Below are positions 50,159 through 60,984 of a stretch of 64,000 bases of DNA, one piece after another (position 1 is the first letter of the stretch; each line of letters opens with the position of its first letter). A model generated the notes under the pieces. It had not been told where the DNA came from. It was given only the letters and a program-made list of their open reading frames with translations, and ran no database searches. A program made the translations under genes and the position numbers. The DNA lies in assembly GCF_003704095.1 (NCBI RefSeq), contig NW_020847648.1, positions 62,001-126,000 on the forward strand. Reading direction: 5' to 3'. Source of the DNA: Pocillopora damicornis. Taxonomy: Eukaryota.

Positions 50159-52235
50159 CGCTTGTCTCGTCGATGAAAATGCTCTTCAAAGTGAAAACGC
50201 TGACTCTTTATTAGCTTGTGCTCAAATGTGTTGGAGAGAGGCTTCTTGTAAAGGAGCAAATTTCCTGGCGAACAAAGGCACCTGTTCGCTTTTTGGCGAA
50301 GGACAACAAGCAAAAAAGTTGGAGAGATTTGTAAAACGGGATGATTCTTTCTATGTGAAAAAGGTATTTCGTAAATTTTGTATACTTTGCCGTTGCCATT
50401 TATTTTTTTATTCAGTGCGATCTCAACTGAATGAAACTTTCTTTGAGAGCCAGATATTTTAGGCAATGCTGTGCGGTTGTTGTTGTTGTTTTTTTTTATT
50501 TTATTGTTTTCTTTTACATGTTTATGTTTCAATTTGGTTTTCATAATCCTTTTCGTAAAGCTTGACTGGAAATCTATGTTCTAGTGTCGGAAATGCCATA
50601 TAGCCGGAAGACCGGATCAATAAAAGATACATGTCGGCATGTTCTATCGTATCCATTTTGTAAATGTTTGTTATTCATTCTCATTAATTTACTTTGAAGT
50701 ATTGGAAAAGAAAATTGCACCTGTCGCTTTCATCTGTATGTACCCTCTCAGGTAGCCTGAATCAAAGACTACTTTAAATGAACCGTGATAAAATTCCACA
50801 GCAAGCTAACAGTTTAAAAAATTATTAGAGAAAAAACCTAGAGCAAAAAAAGATGACCAAAATTGAACTTCGTTGCGGTTCACAGGTTGTCTCTCCTGGA
50901 ATATCTGGTCCACGAGGTATGTGATCATTTTCTATATTCACCATGTCTTCCTTGTACCCAAAAGGGCTCCGTGATTAAGACCTATTCTATGAATAGAAGT
51001 AAAGCTGTTCGAAAGAACTAATTGTACCACACACCTTTTAATGCACCGCAACGAAAAAGGGGTTGACGCATAAGGTCACTGTAGCAACGTTCCACCCTGT
51101 AATTGAGCTCTGTACTTTTGTAACGCAGGGCAAATTAGTCGACCCCATTCCATCAGGGCAAAGCACCAGAGTGCCTATGCCTAGAATTGCACGGTTCAAC
51201 CTAACATTTAGCAGTAACCGCGAGCCAGACTCTCCTCAACTAATGTCCCACTTCGACTTCGGGTGTTTATTGGATTGGTCCTCATCGTGAATCCCCTGTC
51301 AACTTATTCAAAGCTCTCTGTGACATGGAGACTGATGGGGAAGGTTAACTTAAACGGTTCGAAGTTTTTCCTTTCCTATATATATCACCAAAAGAGGTGA
51401 TACTAGTCAAATTTTTATACCTATTCGTACATGATTGTATTGTCGATGAATAGCCCGACTGTTGCCAGTATGAAAATAAATCCTACTTCTGATACCAAAC
51501 ATGTTGTTATCGTCTTTCCGAAACATCTGTTACCCTGTAGGTCAAAGCATTCCCTTGCACTCTGGTTCAACCCAGCATTCAGCAGGACACTCGTGTCAGA
51601 CTATCCTCAGTAAATATCCTACTTTGATCTCTGGCGTTTATTGGATTGATCCTGATGGTGGATCCCAGGCCAACGCTTTCAAGGCTTACTGTGACATGGA
51701 GACTGATGGAGGAGGCTGGACACTAGTGTGGAGCTATTCCTTCACTAATTATAGTCATTTTACGAGCAAATCAAATGCAATCACTCCGAGGCCAAATTGG
51801 CCGGTGAGACCCGAAGTGGATGTTCCTATCTCCACAACTCCTCCATCAAATGAAATAGACTACAACGCCATAAACTTCTCACTTTGGAAACAACTCGGCA
51901 GACAGGTTCTCATCAAGAGCAACGTAAACAACTGGCTGGTGTGTCATCCGGGAAATGGCAGCTTGGTCGATTGGCAGGAAGGTGACGTGAACTGTAAGAT
52001 AATTAAACTCGTGATTGACCCAAGCATATCATTTTCTTCTGCGCCTTCTGAGTTTTCGCCGAACCGAGCCTATGGACCGCTGTTCTACCTGAGTACACCC
52101 TGGGGGAGCATTTCCTATTACTTTGATGGTTTTACAGGAAATCATTGGCCTACCCATGATCCTAGTGGAAGCAATAGGCCTAACCAAAAGAAGAATGTTG
52201 TTAATCCACATGGAAACATTTTTGTTCGACCTTGA
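50159..52235 (+). CDS. PAN/Apple + fibrinogen-related gene, copy E (apparently intact; 5' end in gap)
   Basis: PAN exon <50159-50363 (DSLLACAQMCWREASC...TCSLF...FYVKK|gt), micro-exon 50886-50916 (VVSPGISGPR-G), last exon 51541-52235 open to TGA. Phases 0/1 are consistent. Confidence 0.8.
51191..51346 (+). pseudogene. Relic of the fibrinogen-like exon 5' end within an intron of copy E
   Basis: Reads GST*HLAVTASQTLLN*CPTSTSGVYWIGPHRESPVNLFKALCDMETDGEG, homologous to 51560-51720. Confidence 0.7.
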
Positions 52236-54290
52236 AAATATTAAAGATGCATTAGTAAATGAAATAAATGGCATAAATAAAAAATTCAATATCACTTTGA
52301 AGTTCAAGCCGGCTGATGACTCGCAATTCAAATTTAGTGTTTTGTAAACATTTTTTCTTTAAAACGTTCAATACACATTACTTTTAAAAATATTCAGACT
52401 GAAATATTGACTTCGGCATCTACGTTATTACTTTGTTTCATCTCAAATGCGTTTGCGAGGCCGGTTGGTAACAATAATTTTGCTCTAGGACACGCATTTT
52501 TAAACATTTACATTTTCATTTGTACTCAAAACATTTAAGTTTCCTTGCTAGGTGTTTCAAACAACTTTACTGCAGTTAGATGTTCAGTTTTAATTCGTCT
52601 TCCTCTAATTTTTTCGTCATTCATTTTTCCGTTGAAGCCTTTTGGATGTTCTTCCCAAATGCTGTTTATTTATAGAAGTCATGATAACTGCATTATCAAC
52701 CTGCTGGGCTTTTGTTTTTCAGTTTAAAGTCAAAAAAGAGTTGTGGAGTAATTGGAAACGTATTGTAAAGAAAACAAAATTTCAAAGCTGTATTTCTCTN
52801 NNNNNNNNNNNNNNNNNNNNNNNNNNNNNNNNNNNNNNNNNNNNNNNNNNNNNNNNNNNNNNNNNNNNNNNNNNNNNNNNNNNNNNNNNNNNNNNNNNNT
52901 TTCTTTACAATACGTTTCCAATTACTCCACAACCTTTTTTTGACTTTAAACTGAAAAACAAAAGCCCAGCAGGTTGATAATGCAATTATCATGACTTCTA
53001 TAAATAAACACCATTTGGGAAGAACTTCCAAAAGGCTTCAACGGAAAAATGAATGACGAAAAAAATTAGTGGAAGACGAATTAAAACTGAACATCTAACA
53101 GCAGTAAAGTTGTTTGAAACACCTAGCAAGGAAACTTAAATGTTTTGACTACAAATGAAAATGTAAATGTTTAAAAATGTGTGTCCTAGAGCAAAATTAT
53201 TGTTACCAACCGGCCTCACAAACGCATTTGAGATGAAACAAAATAATAACGTGGATGCCGAAGTAGATATTTCAGTCTGAATATTTTTAAAAGTAATATG
53301 TATTGAATGTTTTAAAGAAAAAATGTTTACAAAACACTAAATTTGAATTGCGAGTCATCAGCCGGCTTGAACTTCAAAGTGATATTTAACTTTTTATTTA
53401 TGCCATTTATTTCATATACTAATGCATCGTTAATATTTTCAAGGTCGGTTTTAATTCGTCTTCCACTAATTTTTTTCGTTATTCATTTTTCCGTTGAAGC
53501 CTTTTGGATATTCTTCCCAAATGCTGTTTATTTATAGAAGTCGTGATAATTGCATTATCGAACAATGTTTCCATGCGGATGAACAACATTCTTCTTTTGA
53601 TAAGGCCTATCGCTTCCACTAGGATCATGGGTAGGCCAATGATTTCCTGTAAAACCATCAAAGTAATAGGAAGTGCTCCCCCAGGGTGTACTCATATAGA
53701 ACAGCGGTCCATAGGCTCGGTTCGGCGAAAACTTAGAAGGCGCAAAAGAAAATGATATGCTTGAGTCAATCACGAGTTTAATTATCTTACAGTTCACGTC
53801 ACCTTCCTGCCAATCAACCAAGCTGCTATTTCCCGGATGACACACCAGCCAGTTGTTTACGTTCTTGATGAGAACCTGTCTGCCGAGTTGTTTCCAGAGT
53901 GATAAGTTTATGGCGTTGTAGTCTGTTTCATTTGATGGAGGAGTTGTGGAGATAGGAACATCCACTTCGGGTCTCACCGGCCAATTTGGCCTCGGAGTGA
54001 TTGCATTTGATTTGCTCGTAAAATGACTATAATAAGTGAAGGAATAGCTCCACACTAGTGTCCAGCCTCCTCCATCAGTTTCCATGTCACAGTAAGCCTT
54101 GAAAGCGTTGGCCTGGGATCCACCATCAGGATCAATCCAATAAACACCAGAGATCAAAGTAGGATATTTACTGAGGAGAGTCTGACACGAGTGTCCTGCT
54201 AAATGCTGGGTTGAACCAGAGTGCAAGGGAATGCTTTGACCTACAGGGTAACAGATGTTTCGGAAAGACGATAACAACATGTTTGGTGAT
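51484..54290. repeat. Long inverted repeat (arms about 1.3 kb) centred on a 100-N gap
   Basis: 51484-52799 is the reverse complement of 52900-54290, with scattered substitutions and small indels. Confidence 0.9.
53555..54240 (-). pseudogene. Copy F: isolated last exon, an inverted duplicate of copy E
   Basis: Open frame with intact acceptor, but homology to E ends about 50 bp upstream and no micro-exon or PAN exon is seen. It has 14 substitutions and 2 single-codon deletions versus E, and an insertion replaces the natural stop. Confidence 0.65.
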
Positions 54291-54460
54291 CAGAAGTAAG
54301 ATCTGCAAGAAAGGAAATTAAAATATGATAACATAAGGAAGAACAGTCAAAGTAGGAGGACCCTGTTGGATTATTGCTTAACATATTGCAAAACTTTGAA
54401 GAGAAGTGACTCACAAATTTTAAAGCCATCATCGATGGGAAAATTAACATTGGGAGCAGA

Positions 54461-54954
54461 TCTTTACTCCTCATGATTTTATCGAGTTTTGTTTGTCAAA
54501 CAAAAATAAACGTAATGCATTCGAGTACAACCTAAAAGGACTTTATGTTCTGTTTTATTTGTTTACTTATCATTCTTATCATTCTCTCGGGGATCGGAGA
54601 AAGTATGGGTGTGCGAGTTTTTGGGAAAAAAGATTGAGTGTTCAGAAGTTCAGAACGCGTGGTTCAAAACCTTGAAATAAAGATCAGCTTTAATTTGCCT
54701 TTTTTTATCGAATGAATCTAAGAAAACAATCATAAAAGGCAAAAACACCTGTAATAATATCCAGAAATCTAACGAGAATTGATTTGATCAGGTGGCTGTA
54801 CTCAATTACCAAAAAAACTCAAAGTGGTTTTGGAAAGCTTCTGAAATATATCAATTACGGTTTATTAATGCAGAATAAGTCATAGCAAACACTATGGTCT
54901 TAACATGTAATACAAGTTGTTTTTATTAGCATTTCGAAGGTAGTTAGCCTAAAA
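54461..54954. repeat. Inverted segmental duplicate of about 63399-63886 (also about 55290-55480 versus 63093-63283)
   Basis: For example, aataaacgtaatgcattcgagtacaacctaaaagga matches the reverse complement at 63803-63840; ORFs 54493-54675 (+) and 63674-63913 (-) are mirror translations. Confidence 0.85.
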
Positions 54955-55762
54955 NNNNNNNNNNNNNNNNNNNNNNNNNNNNNNNNNNNNNNNNNNNNNN
55001 NNNNNNNNNNNNNNNNNNNNNNNNNNNNNNNNNNNNNNNNNNNNNNNNNNNNNNNNNNNNNNNNNNNNNNNNNNNNNNNNNNNNNNNNNNNNNNNNNNNN
55101 NNNNTGAAATATATCAATTAAGGTTTATAAATGCAGAATGAGTAATAGCAAACACTATGGTCTTAACATGAAGTAAAAGTTGTTTTTATTAGCATTTCGA
55201 AGGTAGTTAGCATAAAAAGGAAAACTCAGTTTCCACGCAGTTCACTATTTTCAAACTCCGTTATATGTTTTTACTATTGATTAATGCTCATTACTCAACC
55301 CCTTTACTCCTGGCCTTTCCATGGAAATATGAAAAGAAAAAAAACCCCGTGGCGACAATTATTTAGTGGGGTAATTGATCCAGGCTTCCCTGAGTGAATC
55401 TTATTTACTCATTTTATTCTAAGAATTGCTCTAGCTGATTGCAGCTATCTGGTTTAGTGGTTGGCACGAGTTTTGTAAACATCAGCGGCAAAAGTAGTCA
55501 CGATTAAAAACACTGAGAGCTTAAATTTTGTTGTACAACAATAAAGAAGAAACTAGCACCTAATCAAGTCAAAGTTTCGCGAAGTGATTTTAATTCTCTA
55601 AAGTTCCATTGGAAAGTAAAATTCTGAAAGATAATCCCCCGATCTCTCATGATGAGTGTAACNNNNNNNNNNNNNNNNNNNNNNNNNNNNNNNNNNNNNN
55701 NNNNNNNNNNNNNNNNNNNNNNNNNNNNNNNNNNNNNNNNNNNNNNNNNNNNNNNNNNNNNN

Positions 55763-55901
55763 CTCGAATAGCTTTTATTACTATTTTGACGGTTACACAG
55801 GGAACCATTGGCCTACCCATGATCCTCTCGGAACAAATGGGCCCAACCAAAAGAAAAATGTATTTGATCCACATGGTAACATTTTTATTCGAGCCGAGTA
55901 G
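55763..55901 (+). CDS. 3' end of another fibrinogen-related last exon (rest in gap)
   Basis: SFYYYFDGYTGNHWPTHDPLGTNGPNQKKNVFDPHGNIFIRAE* immediately after an N gap. Confidence 0.6.
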
Positions 55902-55959
55902 CAAAGACATAATAACAAACTCTTACACGCACATGAATCTTAAAGAGGTGATTGAATTC

Positions 55960-56250
55960 TTAAAATCATTACATTACTGGTGTGTCATCCGAGAAATGAC
56001 AGCTTGGTTGATTACAGGGAAGGTGACATCAGTTGTGAGATATCCAACATATAACTGACGCGTGCAAAGATACACAAGTGCATTTTTTTTTAACGGATAG
56101 TAGGCTATGGACCAATTTTCAAAACCGTCATCCTGTACTGTCATTTTGATGGTTCCTCAGGGTGTAACTGGACTGTCCATGATCCATGTGGACGAAACAG
56201 ACCCGATCACTTGAATGGTTTCGCTAAGCCTTCTCAGAACATTTCATTTG
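55960..56250 (+). pseudogene. Highly decayed fragment of the same exon family
   Basis: LVCHPRNDSLVDYREGDISCEI...YGPIF...HFDGSSGCNWTVHDPCGRNRPDHLNG, with frameshifts. Confidence 0.65.
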
Positions 56251-56454
56251 TTAGTTTATAAAAGCTTGTCGTTCTCTGATGAGTACCTCTTTCCGGTATT
56301 CGTTTTTTTATTATAGCACATCAACTTAGGGAGGGGTATACAAAACACTCGTAAGGAAAATTCAAGTAAAACGAATTCATATTGCTTGAGTAATTTTTCT
56401 AGCTAAAACAGATGGCAAGGAAACAGTGAGTGCCAAACCCTTATGAATTCACTG

Positions 56455-56590
56455 AGCGTCTTATATATAATATCGATTTCGAGTTTAAATTATTACATTT
56501 ATGGCATAAAGGCATTCTGCCCAATATATTTGATAACATGTTTCAACATGCTAGTAACATTCGTGGTTACAACACAAGTATCTTTACAAG
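56455..56590 (+). mobile_element. LINE (CR1/L2-like) ORF2 3' fragment
   Basis: IYNI..FKLLHLWHKGILPNIFDNMFQHASNIRGYNT resembles the LP..F..MF....H.YNTR tail of CR1/L2 ORF2. Confidence 0.45.
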
Positions 56591-56642
56591 CCTAACAAAG
56601 CGACAACAAATCAAATTTTTAATAATTCAGCAATACCAAGAG

Positions 56643-57400
56643 AGCACATTCTCTTGAAATTATTGTGTAATAAAAAAATTATAACAATTTGATTAAATTG
56701 ATTTATGTGGATAAAACGTTGTCGTGTCTTGTAAATAATGTGAACTCTTTCGGGTTTGGGGTTGGAAGCGATCTTTAAGTCAGGTCACTACAGATTTTAG
56801 CTTCCTCAGATTCAAATTATTCATTGACGAAGTAATCTTTTCTCACACCACAAAATTACCTTGACTTTCCTCCGCGAATATTCTGACCGAACGTTACTCG
56901 TTAATCAATAAAGTTGCTGCTGTTCCGAAGGGAAATTCCTTGTTTTTCGGACCGTATTTCTCATTTTTATAATGATGGCAGCATGGCCCCAGATTTGTTG
57001 AGGGAATTTTTGCAAAGGTGTTGTTGCTACGTTATAAAGTAAAAACGAACAAATAAAAGCAAAAACAAACAAAAGACATCGCGAATAAGGAAAAAGCAAA
57101 AGGAAAAGAAAAATCCAAATCCTTAAAAATCACAGGAGGATCTTTGCACTTTTCGAACAAATTCTTAGCACAATTTTTTAATTTGATATCTTTTATCACG
57201 GTAGCCAATAATCTGCACCATCATCAAACTTGTAACTGATCCAATTCTCTCGTTGAATTATTTCTAAAATAACAATCCTTAATTTTTCATCTCACATGAT
57301 CAGAAAAGTAATTTTTCTTTGCCAGGTGTTTCATACAAAATAGTTTGTGTTCATGTCCAGTTTTAATATTCTCTTTCATCAATTTTCTTTTTTTCATTTT
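56643..57400. repeat. Inverted duplicate of about 44660-45345
   Basis: For example, ctccgcgaatattctga and catcatcaaacttgtaa(c/a)tgatccaattctctcg are shared in reverse complement. Confidence 0.8.
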
Positions 57401-57432
57401 TTTTAAACTTTACAATTCAAATTTTTGGTTTC

Positions 57433-58270
57433 TTCACTGTTACATGAAAAAACTTTTATAACATAGCGCGCGTGCTTGCCCTACATAAGTCCTATTGAGC
57501 CGCTATGAACAAAATCTTTATTTACGCACGCCCGTGCGTAAATAAGATGACGTAGAATATTTTATTCGTGGCTGCAGAGTTTCCGTCCTGTTAAGCTGCA
57601 GTGCAGTTTTCCCTCTCTTTGAAATATGGAAGAAACCAGCGAAGAACTGCCCAATTTTTCTATCGAAGTTGACCTTTTAGGTCCTGATCCAACAAGCAAC
57701 AAAAATAAAGCCGAAATAAAATCGCAAGTTGCATGTTTCGCAAATTTGTCCGAAGACCAACTGCAGCAAATTTTGGCCGAAAGACATTCACTGGTAACAA
57801 AAAAAGTCACCAACTGGTCATTAACAATATTTAAAGTTAAAATTTCCGTTTTTACTTTATTATCCGTTTTTAAATTTACTCAAACTTGGGGAATAATGTA
57901 CACAGTTGTTAATTGGGAATTTACCAAAACCAAAACAATCAAGGCCGCAAAAAATCTAAATCTAAAACCATTTTCCCAGTAAATTTTGAGCCCTTTATTT
58001 ACAGTTATCGGTTAACTGGATCAAATGTTATCGCTCAAACCAGAGTTTAAAATGTGGCGTATTTTTCACCAGCCAATAGGGACGTTTGTTTACTTTTTTT
58101 TTGTGCGTTGTGAGAATTTTGCATTCTATCTCAATAAAGGGCTTCTTCGCGCAGATCCTTGTTGTCGCTCTTTTGTAAAAGAATTTGCTCCTGCTTTTAG
58201 CTGTGCGTATATCGAGTTATGGATGCACTTGGGAAGTTTGGAGAGCACTAAAAAACGTAGAGGTGCTCTC
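57433..58270 (+). mobile_element. Probable Crypton-like (tyrosine recombinase) DNA transposon remnant
   Basis: ORF 57626-57982 contains FANLSEDQLQQILAERHSLVTKKVTNWSLTIFK, resembling the N-terminal helix motif of Crypton/DUF3504-associated proteins. It sits where the PAN exon of copy G would be expected. Confidence 0.4.
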
Positions 58271-58345
58271 GTGTAGGCATGCGCATACGCATGCATACAC
58301 GTGTTATGAGTATTAACTGATACGTATTATTTGTCTTCAATGCAG

Positions 58346-59673
58346 GTTTATCTCCCAGGAATAACCACTTCGATCCAAGATGAGAGCGGAAGATTGGTGT
58401 TGAGATTGGTAACTAGGAAACTGATTTAAACTGCCATATTTAACCCTCCATAGCCTATCGTTAGTATGCATATTCTCCATACCAGTCTCTATACATTTAC
58501 TAGGGTACTAACAAAGAGAATGTGTTTATCTATCAAGAGCTTTGTTAGTTGATGATTATTTCCTTTATTCCCGTCATTCTGATTCAGGGTTGATTTTGCG
58601 ATGAAAAATAGATACCAGTCACTCTTAGGGGTCAAATGATTAATGAAATGTTGAAAGCAGCTATTCAACTTTCATACCGCAGACAAACACGACGCAAAAA
58701 ACGGGAGTTAGGCATTGCATGGTTTTGAAATATCAAAATTGTGACATCGTAATATAAAGTTGGCAAACATCAAAAATGTTAAAACTGAGTAAAACTTGTC
58801 TAAAATATCGTCGAATTGTCAGGTCGATGAGCAACTTAGGGAATAAGGAGTAGATGATGAGTTGGAAACAGAGAACTGGTCTTCAATACAGAAATCCAGT
58901 TTTAATCATTTAAAAACGTGTTCTCCATTTTTTCAAAACCTTGTAACCCAATAGGTCAAACTATTCCTTCGCACTCTGGTTCAACCCAACATTCAGTGGG
59001 ACACTCGTGCCCGACCCTCCTCAGGAAGAATCCTACTTCAAACTCTGGTGTTTATTGAATTGCTCCTATCGGTGGATCTCAGACCAACGCTTTCGAGGCT
59101 TACTGTGATATGAAGACCGATGGAGGAGGCTGGACACTAGTATGGAGCTATTCCTTCACTAATTACGGTCATTTTAACCATAAATAGAATGCGATCACTC
59201 TGAGGCCAAATTGGCCGAGGAGTCCTAGAATGGCTGGTCTTGTCTCCACAACTCTTCCTTTGAATGAAACAGACTACAACGCCATGAACTTCTCACTCTG
59301 GAAACAACTCGGCAGACAAGTCCTCATCAAGAGCAACATAAACAACTAGCTGGTGTGTCATCCGGGAGATGGCAGCTTGGTTGATTGGCAGGAAGGGGAC
59401 GTCAACTGTACGATGATTAAACAAGTGCCGGATTATCCGAATAAGATGCTGGTGAATAACACGTTGGTTCCATCCCTTTTTCTTCCAAACAAGTCGCCCC
59501 AAAGCTATGGACCACTCTTCTCCTTGAGTGGGCCATGGAATACCGTTTACTACTATTTTGATGGCTCTACCATGCACCATTGGCCTACCAATGATCCTTC
59601 CAGAACAAATTCCCCCAACCAAATGAAAAATGTTGTAAATCCACATGGTAATATTTTTACTCGAGGCTTATAG
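58346..59673 (+). pseudogene. PAN/Apple + fibrinogen-related gene, copy G
   Basis: Micro-exon 58346-58379 (VYLPGITTSIQ-G) with donor GT mutated to AT; last exon 58955-59673 with in-frame stops at 59056, 59185 and 59347; no PAN exon seen. Confidence 0.85.
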
Positions 59674-60984
59674 CCAAGGCAGACTGTAACAAATTAATTC
59701 TCACACACAGAATGTCCAAGGGCCGATTACTTTCTTTATAAATATGAATACATTACCCAAGTGATAAGAATCGATGAAATGATCAGCTATCTTATTTAAT
59801 GTTGCACCAAATCCTGATATGCTTATAGCTGCGAAAAGGAAGAATCTTGCACCTAATCAGGAAGCTGACGTTTTAAAAATGTTTTAGGGTTAGACGAGCA
59901 CAAGGGAAGTGTTGGCTACGTTCATCACGTAAAATCAACTGATTATCTAACTGGATTCTATTTTTAGAAAAGTAACCCAGGATTGCTTTGTTTGTTTACT
60001 GACGATTCCCCACAGCTGAGACTTGAGGAAAAACTGTAAAGGGCTCGAATAACCTTAAACACGATTTTAGTTCTTCTGAACTCGGTATATTGTTTGTTAA
60101 TGCTAGTCCTTGTTCGCACCCTTTATCTCTTAGCCATCTTGTGGCGGAGCTCGCAGCGCGCAGCGAAGCCCCATACTTATCAAAAATGGCTACTAAACTA
60201 ATATCAAACTCGATTTAAAGGAGTGTGTCTCCTTAGTGTAAGAACAAGTCTAAAGTTAAAACTACATTGCTTCCAGATTAAATGATACGAAGGAATTTAA
60301 ACAGAAGTGGAAATTCCTTCTCTTTAGTATTTTAAATGCGATATAGTTATTAAGGTAAACTAACCTATACATTGCTATTATCTATTGTAAGACTGTATGA
60401 CAGTCTTGTTAGCTGCATAAGGGTAGCAAAAAATGTCTGTGGCGTATGTAATGTTAAAATAGAAAGCTGATGTTGATGCAAACGGTGACATCGAGAGTCG
60501 AGCCCAACCAAGTGAAAAATGATTGTTCGAACTTTAAAACACTACTAAACATATATTACTTTACGTGAAAAAAGTAAAAAAAAAAACCTATAATATCAGT
60601 TTGAAAGGGCTGGTTCACAAATAACATATTAAATTGTCCCTTCAAATACAAACCTTTCTTTTTCATTTGCACTCAAAAAAGTACTTTTTCTTTACCAGGT
60701 GTTTCAAACAAATATGATGTGTTTTCATACTCAGTTTTAATTTTATCTCCCACCAGTTTTTTATCTTTACCTTTGCATTTCCAGTTTTTGTTTTCTTCAC
60801 CAAACTATTGCATAAAAGAGCTTATTGCAGCCTTTCCGGTATTTCCGTATTCTGTTTACCTAGACGTCGTGATAATTGCATTATAAACCTGCAGAACTTG
60901 AGAACAGAGACTATTTTGATGTAGGTAGGTAATTTATATGTTCCATCATTTGCTAATCATAAGTTTGTGTTAAGATTCTCTCTC

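Noticed and set aside
51501-51540. ATG start for the 244-aa ORF (and 54280 for the 241-aa ORF)
   Set aside because: MLLSSFRNICYPV is translated intron before the ctgtag acceptor; the true N-terminus comes from the upstream PAN and micro-exons.
55104-55216. Direct repeat of 54842-54954
   Set aside because: The copies flank an N gap; probably an unmerged contig overlap or allelic ends.
56276-56312. Hammerhead-like CTGATGA plus hairpin
   Set aside because: Lacks the GAAA core after the stem.
59056-59349. Selenocysteine or stop read-through in copy G
   Set aside because: Mixed TGA and TAG stops at Trp/Ser positions plus a dead splice donor indicate ordinary pseudogene decay.
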